The translations under genes were made by a program, and so were the position numbers. A DNA stretch of 63,990 bases, counting the filler, from Catajapyx aquilonaris (taxonomy: Eukaryota), in NCBI GenBank assembly GCA_000934665.2. It is 3 parts of 3 records of this genome, joined end to end, with 100 filler letters (N's around TTAATTAATTAA, not from the genome) between each part and the next. Parts side by side here need not be neighbours in the genome. Positions count along the whole stretch, not along the records: positions 44,280 to 63,990 come from JYFJ02006402.1; 2 more parts are not named here. The stretch is one strand, 5' to 3'. Positions 49,698-62,650 of this stretch are shown one piece after another (position 1 is the first letter of the stretch; each line of letters begins with the position of its first letter). The notes under the pieces are model-generated. The model was not told where the DNA came from, made no database searches, and saw only the letters and a list, made by a program, of their open reading frames with translations.

Positions 49698-51863
49698 TGT
49701 CCTATATACAGTATTTTCAAACTTCCTACTTTATACATTATTATTTTTATAGATTAATTTATAATATGATAAAACTCAGCCTTTGTGTGGTAAAACATTT
49801 CTGGAATCCCTTATCCCTTATGGCGCCTTATGGTGTATAGAAAAAAATATATTGAAAGGTGTCACAAAAGATAGATATAAATAAGAATAGGACTAGAGTG
49901 ATGCCGTCAATAGATGAAATATTCAATTACGATTGACGTCGTTTTCAAGCTTTCTAGTGTGGAATGGCAGCAACTCGCATTGCACATTTCTCAGCAAATC
50001 GAAAAAGGGAGAAAGCTTCAGAAAAGCTTTCAACCGAAGCAAATTCTTCCAATGGGAGATTTAATATCGCGACTGCAGCTTACAATAAGCCCAAAGATGG
50101 GGCCAATTTGCTTCTGTCGAGTCAAAATGCGATTTTCTTTCAATGAAAGTCGCCCGTTAGTGTATATACCCAGAATGGAGTAAAAAAAATCTTCTTGCTG
50201 ATCGAACGTTATTAAATTTTAATTTGAATGGGCATCAATATATGCAACATTTGGTCTCATACATATAGGTTTAATTAAATTAATTAAAAATTTACAAATA
50301 ATCAAACGAACAAACATGTAAATGAATTAACAAACAAGTGAATGAATTAATGAATTAACAAACAAGTGAATGAATAAGTGAACAAACCAACAAATAAACA
50401 AACAGACAAAAACAACTAAAGAAGTACGTAAATAAATGAATAATTATTGATAAACAAATAAGTAATCCATTCAAAAACAAATAGATAGACCATTGAAAAA
50501 CAAAGAAATAAATAAACAAATAATTAACCAAGTAAATAAAATAAACATACGTATGAATGAATGAATGAATTGAATGAATTCTTTGTTACATTCTGCGGTT
50601 TACATTTTACAAAAAAAAGTCATTGATTAAAGGCCTGGCTTATTGCTTCAAACCCACCCTGTTCAATAGCATCATCCCTTGTTTTTCGTCATTTCCAGTC
50701 ACTCCAAAAGCAATAGCTATCGGATCGGACGTGTCTGAAATTCATAGCAAATATGTAGTAAATCATGTCTGGCAGTGTTGAAGGGATGGGGGAAAATGAA
50801 TATGAAAAAAGGTGGAACGTTCGAACTAGGAAACGAAGCGTTCACACACATGTAGGACCCAACTGAAATTAGCGTCGCTTCAAATTAGTCGCACGGCACG
50901 AATTCACGAGGGCCAATAGGTGGAATTGTGCTGGGTGACGCTCAGGCCATGCGAGGAAATATTTCCCTCGTTATGTGTTCAGGCTTGGCCGCTTTCAATG
51001 CTTCCCAATATTTATCTGGCCAATTTATTATGAAATGCGGTGACCAACGGACGATATCAGCTATCAAAACGAGGGTAATTTAATGGCGAAAAGGCCAGTA
51101 ATTTGCCCACAATTTACGATTTATATTTTATTTTACGCCAGTTTCTCTGGGAATTTTTTAAAATTGGGTTGCAAACGCTGCAGGAATGTCGCATAACACA
51201 AAGTGCGTGCACGAAAATCCGCACCGGAGCAAATATTCCCGAGCCTAGAAACATTGTTGTTTTATGTAAAGCAGGTGGCAGTATTTTATGCGAAATTACT
51301 AAACGCCTACAGTGGCGAGCCATGTTTAAAAAACAAACAGCGTCATTTTCGCATTTCGCAGCAAAATGTCATATAACGCCTTGGGACAACAATGCACATT
51401 GCACACTACCCATTTTTCAAATAGTATTTCCCAACTTCAAGACTTTCCATTTCCTGCCTATTAGACCAGTCCCCTGTAAATAGCCGGGCGTCGATGGTAT
51501 CTTCATTCCGCTGTCAAAACCAGCTCATTAATGTCCTTCGATAAGTGGAGTCCCTGATTCCAACTTTACGGGTCTCATATCCGCGATTCTCGGACTCTGG
51601 GTCGCGCCAAATAGTTTTTACGGTCGCTTGCCCCCTCCAAGAGTGAACGTAAAATGGAAGGTAATAGTAGTGGACCAGGTCCTCCTGTCTTAATGGAATC
51701 AGCTGCTGGGGATGCGCTGACAACAAAGGACTGCAGAAGCGCCTCTAGAGGGACGCCACCGAACCAGCTGAAAATAACGGTCTAAAAACGGTTACAACTG
51801 ATCAGCTGACAATCGGTCAAAAATAGTTACAGCAGATCAGTTGACAATAATAACGGTCAAAAT

Positions 51864-52034
51864 ATCAGCAGAAAATAACGGTCAAAATTAGCTACAACTT
51901 ATCAGCAGAAAATAACGGTCAAAATTAGCTACAACTTATCAGCAGAAAATAACGGTCAAAATTAGCTACAACTTATCAGCAGAAAATAACGGTCAAAATT
52001 AGCTACAACTTATCAGCAGAAAATAACGGTCAAA
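51864..52034. repeat. 37-bp minisatellite, about 4.6 copies
   Basis: Unit atcagcagaaaataacggtcaaaattagctacaactt repeated without spacers. Confidence 0.95.
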
Positions 52035-52050
52035 CAACGTTACAATAACT

Positions 52051-52301
52051 GAAGGAGAGACAATGCAAAGGTCCTAAGTGCCAAACCCCAGATTTTGAGT
52101 TATGAATGTTTCTTTCTCCTCAACAAAACAAAACAAAATAGGCAACCTTCCCATCTACTGGCCAAATGCAGAACCTTACTGATTTTTCTGGCACTTGGGA
52201 CTTCTACCCAACATTGGCGATGGCACATAGGATACCTTGACACTCATAACTCAAATCAGGATTTTTTTTGGCACTTAGGACCTTTGCATTGTCTCCACTT
52301 C
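52051..52301. mobile_element. MITE with 4-bp TSD nested in the long-TIR element
   Basis: gaaggagagacaatgcaaaggtcctaagtgccaaa / tttggcacttaggacctttgcattgtctccacttc; TSD AACT. Confidence 0.85.
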
Positions 52302-55300
52302 AACTGATCAGCTGACAATAACGGTCAAAATATCAGCAGAAAATAACAGTCAAAAATAGTTACACCTTATCCGATAAAATTAACGGTCAAATAAAAACCG
52401 TTACAATTCAATACATAAAGCACAATCGATTTATTTTACAAACAGTACGTTTGAAATGCAAACTAAACTCATTGCTACCTGTAACAAGAATTAAAAGTGC
52501 ATCATTGGCAGTTTGTGGCCATTGTGGGTCCCTCGGTGGATCCTTTTCAACCCCAAATCCGGACCACTCGCCTCTAAAAAGACAGTCCAAATCCCGACAC
52601 ATATTCAGAACCGGAGCATGATTGTCCAACAATCCAACCGAATAACACCCTTCATTTATGCATGTATTCCTTCAGATGTTATGCTACAGCCAAACGTTTC
52701 TGCATGAAAGGGACAGAAAGAATTTTCTATTTCCATGCCCTTCAACCATTTTAGAGCGAAAAAATAGTACCAAGTAAAGACTGGTCCAAATGACGCCAGT
52801 TCTACTTAACGTGCTTTATCCCAGGGCTTTGTAATTAGCATTCTGTAAATAGCGTTTGACTGTGAAATTGCTTGCTGTGGAAATGAACTGGGGTGGGTCC
52901 TGTCAGTGAAGCTGCTAGAGTGGGTGGGGGAAAATCCTCTCTTCTGGTTGGTGTCCCCTTTGTCCTATTCTAAACCCCCGACATGAAAATGTAAATAAAA
53001 GTCCAGCTACAGGGACTGACAAAAAGCAACATGAAACTATATATAAAAAAAAGAATCCATTTTCTTGTACCCACAGTTCGGATTGTCTCTTGACAATGCA
53101 TCATCAAAGTCAAATATGGAGCTCCATTCGTCCCCCCACCATGCAACCGCTATTTGCATGCGTGGACACGACGACCTAGCTGTTATTCGGTGATTAAATG
53201 TTTAAATAGCAGAAAACTAGCGGGCGGAAGCAAATGTGAATGTGTTTCGGACCAGAGGGTTATATTGCAGGTCACAATATTCGTGTATTCTTAACGCTGA
53301 ATGACTCCCTCTGTACCTGTTCAAATGAATAGCAAAAAGGGTCGAATCATTCAAGTGAATGGTACAGAGGGTCGAATTATTCAGCGTTTCAATTAAGAGG
53401 AAATTGAAAGAAAATTGATCATTTTGTACCTTTACTTTCCTTGTTCCAATGAGGTTTACACACTGCATCTAAGTTGTTTCATATTGTTAACCCTAGTTAA
53501 CAATGTTGTCTAGAGTGTGGTTTGCTTCACAGAACAGATAGCTTTCATTGCATGTCCTTAATTAAAACTCTACTTCACCTCCATTCCTTTGGCTGTAAGA
53601 AAAGCAAGCGGTGGAAATTAGTCGCCGCAGAACAGCCTTAGAGTTTACAAGATATTCCACCGTATAACGACTGGGCTGGAAAGGTTCGTTAAAGACAAAT
53701 CGTTATTGCTTTTATATACCGCAGCTTCGCTCCTACTTGGGATCTCGTAAAATGCCCCGAGATCGGGTCGCAAATTCTCTCAAAGGTTTTCTGAAAGAGA
53801 TCTACTCTTTACGAGCCTTCATGTGGAGGTGAAAATTTGATTATCACAAATTAATATAGCGCATTGGAAACGTTTTCTTTTATTAAATAACAATAGATCA
53901 AAACCGTTACAAACCGTTTTTATTTATAAAAACGTTACACCATCGTTACAAATAATAACGGTCAAATTATGACAGTTATTTTCAGATGGTCGGGTCGCAA
54001 ATTCTCTCAAAGGTGTTCTGAGAGAGATCTGCTCTTTACGAGCCTTTATGTAAAGGTGAAAATTTGATCATCGCAAATATGATACATTGATAACGTTTTG
54101 TTTTATTAGAATAATAACAACCTATGAAAACCGGTATACCCGTTACAAGCAGTTTTTATTAATAAAAACGTTATAGAACCGCTAGAAACCGTTTTTATTA
54201 ATAAAACTGTTACAGAACCGTTACCCAACCGTTACAAACAGTTTCATTAGATAACAACCGGAGGGGGTACGCACTCGACTGTAAAGTGTACACCGTAGTA
54301 CCAAATTCAAGGAGTAGGCCTACCAAGGAGTACCTGGGAGTACCTAAGGAGTACGCCCTTGTAACAACCATTAAAAAAAAGTTTTTATGAATAAAACTGT
54401 TACAGAACTGTTACCAAACCGGCATAACGACTGTTACAAACCGTTTTTATTAAATAACGACCGTTACAAACCCGTTACAAATAATAACGGCAAATTCTGA
54501 CCGTTATTATCAACTAGTTCAGTAGCGTCCCTCTAGAGGAGCTCCTGCAGTCTTTTGTTGTCAGTACATCCCCAGCAGATGATTCCATTAAGACATGATG
54601 ACTTGGTCCACTCCTATTTACCTTCCATTTTATTCGTAACTCCAATTTTTGTTCAAATTTGTGCATCCAGATTTATATGATAAATTTTTTTTCCCTCTAG
54701 CCAACCAGCCATATTTGTGCTCTCCACAACATGCCCCGTACTTTCTCATTACCCTCCCCAAACTTTTCCACCTCAAACATAAATTTTTGGTGCTTCCCTT
54801 CCTACTTTCCCAGTTTTGAAAATTGGGTACCCTTCCCCTACTAACAAAAAAAAATGTATCCATAGCGAAAGTATGTGCATAAATAGTGGCTAGAACCATG
54901 TGTAGAGTATGTGAGAAGGTGGGGGTTTTTCAGAGTGGGAGGGGGTTGGGGCGAGAGGGTTGGATTCTGCACAGAAAAACATTAGAGAGGCGGCAGCAGA
55001 TGCGTTGGAACGGGCACCATTAACCGCTTTCTACGGGGTCCTCCGACAGCATGGTAGGGACTAGGGTTGCAGGAAGGAACCCCGCAAAACTTGGAACTTA
55101 ATCTGCGCCACTTCCAGCCTTCAAGCCACTGGAGTTGGTTGGAGGATTCCTGCCTCTACTCACGTTTTTGCAATGGGGTAGGGCAAGGGAAGGAGAAGGT
55201 CATATAAAAATAATGTGTTGGATAAAAATGGCGAGGGGGTCTGAGACAATGGAGTTGATCGTCTCATGGGGGACGACATGGCTAGATTGATAAGGTTGAC

Positions 55301-55521
55301 CTGGTTTCTGGTGAGGTCAAGGTACTCATATTAGATGGATGTTCCAATTGAAATAACCAGACATGGCGTCAAAAGTGGTTCCTATTTCTCATGGATGGTG
55401 TTCCAAATTCGTGGGTCGTTTTTTTAAAATTGATATCGCCCAATAGTAGTTATTTTTTGTAGCTTGTTGTGCCACTAACCATGTACCACATCTTCTATAG
55501 AATGGGGTACGTGGTTAGGGG

Positions 55522-55772
55522 TAGGGCTGTGCGATATTTCGATACATCGACTGTCGATACGATATTTTCCTAATATCGACGTTGCGATATTCGACGCTTG
55601 GCATGTTCGATGTATCGAATATCGCGATTTTTCGATATCGGTTTTCGATAATTTTCGATGTCGGTTCGATATTTTTCGATGTCGGTTTTTCGATTTTCGA
55701 TATATCGACTTCGATTCGATATTTTTTAAGTATCGAAAGTCGATATGTAATTTCGGATATCGCACAGCCCTA
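55522..55772. mobile_element. hAT MITE rich in TCGA/ATCG, second copy, nested in a palindromic MITE (about 55428-55828)
   Basis: Perfect TSD gttagggg; inverted copy of 44745-44976. Confidence 0.92.
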
Positions 55773-55836
55773 GTTAGGGGCACAACAAGCCGCTATAAGA
55801 AATAGCTACTATCGGGCGATATCAATTGAATTAGTA

Positions 55837-56085
55837 CAGTGATGTAGCCAGGATTCCAGTTCGGGGGGGGGGGGGGGGGGNAAAAGGGTGTGGAGGAAGC
55901 CCCGCAGGCGAAAAATTTTGGGTTCAAGGTCACACGAGCTTAGGTAAATGTGGGACATTTGATAAAATTCGTTTCATTTTTCCAAAAAAAAATCATGAAT
56001 TTGTCGTTTGAAAGCACGATTTTTTGAAAACATGATTTTAAAAAAAACTCCACAATAGTTCGCCCCCTCCCCGGCTACGTCACTG
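55837..56085. mobile_element. hAT MITE
   Basis: cagtgatgtagcc / ggctacgtcactg; perfect TSD aattagta. Confidence 0.9.
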
Positions 56086-56095
56086 AATTAGTATA

Positions 56096-56360
56096 CAGGG
56101 TATTAATCCTAAGCGTGTCACCAGAAAATGTAGTGGTAGAAGGCGCAGGTGTTGCATAAGGAACTAGGGTCGGAAACGCACCCTCACCGAGTTACGCCCC
56201 TTTCAAGTTTGCGGCAGGCAGTGTGCAAGAGACGTGCGTCACGCGGCGGAGTGACTCTGTGAGGGTGAGTTTCCGACCCCTTGTTCCTTATGCAAAAATG
56301 CTTACACCTGCACCCTCTACCACCACCTTTTCTGGTGACACGCTTGGGATTAACACCCTG
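56096..56360. mobile_element. Tc1/mariner MITE
   Basis: TA-cagggtattaatcctaagcgtgtcaccagaaaa ... ttttctggtgacacgcttgggattaacaccctg-TA. Confidence 0.9.
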
Positions 56361-56548
56361 TATACGGAAAAAACTTCAAAGCACCGAGAAAATCAGTCTC
56401 TTAAAACCAAGGTTTGTTATAGCCTAATCGCCATTTTTTCAACGAATATACGATGAAAAGGCTAACTAAATCTGAATTTCCTGTTTTCTAAAGCATACTT
56501 AAGATAGCCTGGTTTTGATAATGACCGACTCATACTATATACATTGCA

Positions 56549-56692
56549 AGGGGGTAATCACTTCGGTACTCCAGTGTACACCTGCGAGTGGTACTCCCTG
56601 GTACTCCTCAGGTACCTCACTCTTTATTACTCCTCGATACTCCTTGAATTTGGTACTCCAGTGTACACTTCTCAGTCGAGTGATTGCCCCCT
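56549..56692 (+). mobile_element. GGTACTCC-repeat MITE family copy (others at about 54262-54360 on - and 58123-58473)
   Basis: Ends agggggtaatcact / agtgattgccccct; internal ggtactcc units. Confidence 0.75.
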
Positions 56693-58122
56693 TGGTACAT
56701 TGATTGAACGTCAAAAAATTTCTCATCTTGTAATATTAGGAAATGACCCTTGACACACATTCCATAGCAGCTATTTGCGGTTTTTCAACTCTTAACGAAT
56801 GTTTGAAATTTGAGCCTAATTTTTCAGCTTTCTGTACTCTTGTAGTGGGGTAGAATTTCAGTCATACAATACCTCTACAGGCTAGAACCACGCTTGGAAA
56901 AGTCAGTTTGAGTTTAAAACCTGCTTCAACAATATGGATCGAATACTAACTGGAGGTCAAAATCTGCGTTGGAAATACACTATTTTTGAATTCATATTTC
57001 TGGATGCTGTTTGCAATTATTGCACTGAAGGTATATATAATGCACTCTATTCGCTCTATAAAAAAATTGAAAACGTTGCATCAGCGACTGACCGTTTTTT
57101 TTAATATACCAGGCTCGCCATTAATTACTGATGTTAATCGTTTTTAGCCCCGAGTCCCTTGTTTATAAAGTTACGAATCGCTGGCCACATGCTTTTCACT
57201 AATTTCTCCGCAGTGGCTCCCCCCAAATGACGGCCATCCATGTGTATACACACATCCTCTCCCCTCCATGCAATTGAGCTATCTGTACTTTGTGGGCTGC
57301 TTTACTCATGGCTTATAATAACGGGATGTTGATGTTATCAACCGCTGACGCGTTATCCCATAAGCTGCTAAAGCGGTCGTAATTTTAATTTATTTCATGT
57401 GACAAGCGTGAAATCCTCATTATTTTCTTGCCCGAAAAGCTTTCTATTCGTCCCCCTATCGTAACTCATGAAGATTTTCTGGCGGATTAGCTGGAAATCG
57501 TGCTTCTGAAGAGCTTAGTTTAACAGAGTGAAGCAAAAGGCGCTTTTTTTTATTCTCTCAATGCCAAGTAGAAAAAAAGGTCTTGATTCGAATGAGGTGA
57601 CTTAAAGGAGGCTGCGAGATGTGATTAGATTAGCAGCCATTTTAAGTGAAATAATGCAGGAGGTCTATTACACTCTAAAAACGCCTATCAAATCAAATGG
57701 CATAAGTGCACTATTAAAATTGATGACACATGAAATTAACATAATTGGAATCCATGAAGTTGTCCACTAAAGAGCCTCAAAATGGAGTAAATTAAATAAA
57801 TATATAATAAATAATATTTGTCAAGTTTTAGTCATTTTGTTTTTGACGCCTCTGTGATAACGGTAACTGTTGCAAAAACTGAGGTTCTGGTAGGTACAAA
57901 AGTTATTTTTTTTTCTCAGCTTATGTAACAGCTGCAGTCTTTAGCTTAATGTCATGTTAAAGATAATTAAATGGGCTTTCATATGATATGCTACTTGCCA
58001 GGGTTTAGTGACATCGATGTGTAAAGGTCATCAAATGAATTCTTTGACCTTGACAATTTCAATATTTATTTATTTATTTATTTACACCGTGATAGGGCGG
58101 AGCCCTGTTATGGGGGAAGGCA

Positions 58123-58473
58123 AGGGGGTAACCCAATGGTAACCACTTCGGTACTCCGGTGTACACCTGCAGTGGTACTCTTCGGTACTCCTTAGGTACT
58201 CCTTGGTACTCCTTGGTACTCTTCGGTACTCCTTGGTACTCCACAGGTACTCCCAGGTACTCTTGGTACTCCTTGGTACTCCTTGAATTTGGTACTCCGG
58301 TGTACACTTTAAAGTCGAGTGAGTACCCCTTGTGGTAACCACTTCGGTACTCCGGTGTACACCTGCGAGTGGTACTCCCAGGTACTCCTTAGGTACCTTA
58401 CTCTTCAGTACTCCTTGGTACTCCTTGAATTTGGTACTCCAGTGTACACTTTTCAGTCGAGTGGTTACCCCCT
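58123..58473 (+). mobile_element. GGTACTCC-repeat MITE, tandem dimer with expanded 10-bp array
   Basis: Two head-to-tail units homologous to 56549-56692. Confidence 0.75.
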
Positions 58474-59554
58474 TGGGGGAAGGGGAGATTCCCAAACACA
58501 AACCCAAGGGAGGGCGCTGTAGTTTTTAATCACTTCTGACTTTGTGAAATACACCAGACCTTTTCTCCTAGCCCTGGGCAGAGTAGGGAGTGCAATTCTG
58601 CCCCGTCAAAGCGGAAAGAAAATTTCGATGTTTATTACCCGAAATTTTCCCATAAAATGAATGTTATACCTACTAATGTGGTGTACATGTGGTCCAAATT
58701 TAACATCTATATCACTATATGAATATTAATATATAATTTTTAAACAATGCGATACATCCAACAACCTCAACAATATTTATGCCCATAAGTGTCTCAGTTC
58801 ATTTCTACTGCATATGCTGCACGATATACACAGGAAATATGCAACCCCCCTCTTTTGGCCGAGATGGCTTCCCGTTTTGCAGGAAACACCAGAGAAAATC
58901 AGTAGTAAATCCCTCCCCATTTTTGTGGAAATCCGACGGGAAGCACATTCTCCCTCCTCCCTCCCCCTTCCCCCAATTCTTTTCCTTGTTCTCCCCTACT
59001 CCTTCTAGCGTCTCGTTTCCTCTTTTCCGCCATCATACTGTTGACAAAAGAAGCCAAAGAGCACAATAGAATCCCCCTCCCTCCCTTCCCCCTTCCTTCC
59101 CCACCCTCCCTTCCTGCCCAATGCATAGATAGGCGTCGTGGTCCCCCCCCCCACCCCCGATTCCCTTGTTTCTGTCTTTCCCCTTACACCCCTACCAAAA
59201 ATTTGTACAGATCAAGGGACCGATGAGAAGAGACATAAAAGAGAAGAGAGACAGCTGGGGGAGGGATGTGGTCACATCAAGCGACCATTTTGGATCGGTT
59301 TTTTGCATTATTCAGAAGCTGCCAGAATTTTCTTGGAAGCGGTCGTGTACATTGCATATTAATAGAAAGGAGGGCAGTTATGGATAGTATTTTTAGATTG
59401 CGGCTTTGCCACCATTTTTGGTATTTTTAACAATTTTTGGGCTATTTTTGATATATCGATATTTGATATATTTTGTCTATTTTGATATGTCGACGTTTAA
59501 CATATTTGGGGGCATTTCATATATCATTTAGCATGTAGTATTTTTGATATATCT

Positions 59555-59945
59555 ATTTTTTGTTGTTGTACCCCGTGCTAGGGCACTAGGCCCTCTTAGG
59601 GGGGTGGAATACCACCATTCGGTACAGGGGACAGGATAGGGAAAATGAGGGGGTCTCAAGTTGGGGGTCGTGTGCATCAGTCCCTCAGGGGGGCCGGTCT
59701 CCAAGATTATCCCGTAGATGTGGGTCGGATACTCCCCACAGACCCCGCACCTCCTCATGGACGGGACAAGGATAGGAAAGGAAGCGGCTGTGGCCTATTA
59801 TTTAGGAAGCAATCTCGGAATTCTCCTGTGGGGACCGTGGGGAACCACAGAAAACCAAGGTTAGGATTGCCGGCCCCGGGACTCGAACCCAGGACCTCCC
59901 GATTATCAGTCGAACACCTTATCCACTCCACCAAACTGCTTCGGT
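59555..59945 (-). mobile_element. tRNA-derived SINE, family 1 variant with a different 3' half
   Basis: 5' part matches 3736 and 16616; 3' part diverges but keeps the common tail motif. Confidence 0.8.
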
Positions 59946-60071
59946 GTATATATCTATATTTAGCATGTAATATGTTTGATTTTAATCCGTATGTGACTAT
60001 TTGCGATGTTCGTGTTACATTTTGATTTATCCATACATTTCGCAACTTATTCACAATATTAAATATTGTGA

Positions 60072-60372
60072 ACTAGTTGCGGCACCCGGCGTTGGCCGGG
60101 AAGAAATGAATGAAGGGAAAACACCTGCCAGTAGCCCCGTCAACTGTCTGTCTTTCTGTGTGTCCGGCCACCAATGCCATCTGTGGTCATGCTACTCCAA
60201 CTCCTTCAACCTCTCCCGCCTGTATAACGGCAACCGTTGACTACAGATGGCAGGCAAATGACGGTTGGCAGGCGGACAGTCAGACAGAGAGGCAGACAGA
60301 CAGACTCACAAACGGCTTTATTTATTTGGAAGACTAGGAAAACGCTCGCTCTTTTCTAGGCCTACGGCCTGG
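60072..60372. mobile_element. Helitron/Helentron-associated (DINE-1-like) non-autonomous element
   Basis: actagttgcggcacccggcgttggccggg hairpin start and (CAGA)n tract. The cgctcgct...ctaggcct end matches 23935-24027 inverted. Confidence 0.5.
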
Positions 60373-62319
60373 GGTACCTATTCCCATATCGCCGGGGAAT
60401 GGACAGTGTCCCCGGCAATCCAACAGGAGTTGTTTACACCCCATTGCGCATGAGTAGAACGCGGGCCAATGGGGAGGTGGCGGCAACAATATGCGGCGGA
60501 CCAACCAGAGGGCTCGGCCAACTCCCGCAAGGATTTTAATATTATAGATTGTGAATAAGTTGCGAAATGTATGGAAAAATCAAAATTTTGTTTGAAATAG
60601 TCACCTGCTGAGTCCTGGATTGCAAGGTAAATCATTCCAACAAATCAGTGCCACCAAACGACTGGTTGTCTCAATAAAACTTCTCTCCCCCTACCACAAT
60701 CTGAAGGAAAGACTCCTCAACTTGAAATTTACCCACTTGTAATAAATTTGTTAGCGGTAAATTTTTATGTGAAATTCTCCCTCCTCGAAATGACCTGACA
60801 CCTAGATGGAGACTAATGGAGACTTCTATGGCCAAAGGGATTTTTTTTCTTTCTTCTTCTCGCAGTAATTCAGAATCGCTTTAGGACAAGTGGCTTCCAA
60901 AATGTAAAAAAAGAGGAGAGAAGTAGAATGGAAAAATGGTGGCCATATGCAGGCTTCGATTTGGACTTTTCTACCACTTCCTACCCCGTACCTTTTTCTT
61001 CTAGAGTTGGAATCCGGATGGGCGTGTTGACATGGGGATCGACTTGCTCATAACTTTGAAGATGGGGGTCTCAAGGAACTATTTTTTTTGTTCGCGGAGG
61101 AGCAGACTTTAAAGGGTATCTCTTCGGCTTTTATGCATACTATGGATCTTCTTTCTTCGTTTTGTAGGCCTGAGGCGACTTCATCCCTGTGTATTGGTGC
61201 AGGAAAAAACAAATGTGTGGGAAAGTGGCAATTTCACATTTGGGGACGTTTCAAGATGGCGGATGGATTGCTAGGGTTGGAAATAAAAGTGCTGAATCAG
61301 CCTTAGATGTAAGTTATTTACTTAAGTACTTAAGTACATCTGGGAGCTACGTTATTGCGTGCTTGATACGGGCGTAAGCTTCTTATATAAACATTTGAAA
61401 GCTGCTGTGCTAACAATGCGAGGCATTTGCGATGTTTCGTCAGGCCTAAATGAAAGGCAATGATATTAGGGAGCTGAGTGAAGCACTGCAATTCCCTGAC
61501 ACACGATTTCCGGCCTCTAATTATGTAATGATAAACTAATTTAATTATGGCGCAATCACTGTGGCTGACATATATAGTACGGACGTTTTGGAGCGTCCCG
61601 AGTTCAATTACCGGCGGTATCAGGAATTCTGATATATTAGTGTATGGCTGTGTAACTTGCCTAACGCATCAGAGAGTATTCATTGTGCTAACAATGTAAG
61701 TCATAATTTTAATACGGTTACAAAATTTTTTGCCAGATTACTCATGAATATGTAAATATTTTGGTCTAGGAATGTCCACAAAAGTCATTATGTATTAATT
61801 ATACTATGCTACATACGTCACGGCCTTGATCCCATAAAGGGTGGCCAGTGATGACTATCCATTTTCAATGGCATATAGTTTAATGGAATAAAATCGATTG
61901 TTTTCCAATGTCGATGTGTTTCATATGTGGTCATACAGTGGAGAATATGAACTGGACCACATATCAATATTGTAGTAAATGTCAGCTTCAATAAAGCTAG
62001 ACGCGATCGTTTAACAAAGAGTCAAAAAATGTATATCTATCTTTGAACATTTTTTCATCTAATGCCCATTTTTAAAAGTAAAAAATTGCGAATTTTGGAT
62101 TTAAATTTTAGATGATGATATCTCATAAAAGGGAGCAATGGTGGTAATCCATCCCCATAAAAGCGCTCGGTTCATTCTAATGGGCTAAAAATAAAAATAA
62201 AAAATAAAAAAGGGGCCAACTGACAGTAGGTTTTGTTTCATAATTATATTAGCGTATTAGAAACAATTTTAAAATGGCATTAAAATATTAATACAAAATA
62301 ATTGGTGGGCTATAAATAT

Positions 62320-62650
62320 TTATACCGTACAAAAAACTGTATTTTTTCGTTGCCCCGTTTTAGGGGGGTGGAATACCACCATCCTTGAATTTTTCTGTAA
62401 TTTTTCTTCTGACTCCGGTGGCCAGTGCAAGGATGAAAGGATATGGGGTAATGATGGTGATTTTTGGGTAGGGGACACAGGTGCAAGTGCAATGTCTGGA
62501 AACGGGTCATGTGAAGTCCCCCAAGAGGCTAGGTTGCCAAGACGCCTCCTAGGCCCTCTGACGCAGGCGGAAGGGAACTCCCGGGCGGGGATCGTACCCG
62601 GGACCTTCCGCACAGCAAACCGAGACATTACCATCTCGGCCACCACGCCT
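62320..62650 (-). mobile_element. tRNA-derived SINE, family 3
   Basis: Reverse-complement match to 29094-29437. Confidence 0.85.

Larger units (their letters stand above)
51641..54642. mobile_element. 3-kb long-TIR (foldback-like) element with subterminal tandem arrays
   Basis: About 140-bp inverted arms (taaaatggaaggtaa...ctctagagggacgc versus gcgtccctctagag...ttaccttccatttta); possible CAA TSD. Confidence 0.8.

Noticed and set aside
51864..52034. 37-bp direct repeats resembling a CRISPR array
   Set aside because: Units are contiguous with no unique spacers, there are no cas genes, and the context is eukaryotic.
55475..55783. Lys/Arg-rich ORF and DRE-like clusters
   Set aside because: Internal sequence of a hAT MITE with a perfect TSD.
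58074..58529. Repetitive ORFs (STKEYQGVP)
   Set aside because: Products of the GGTACTCC tandem array in a MITE.
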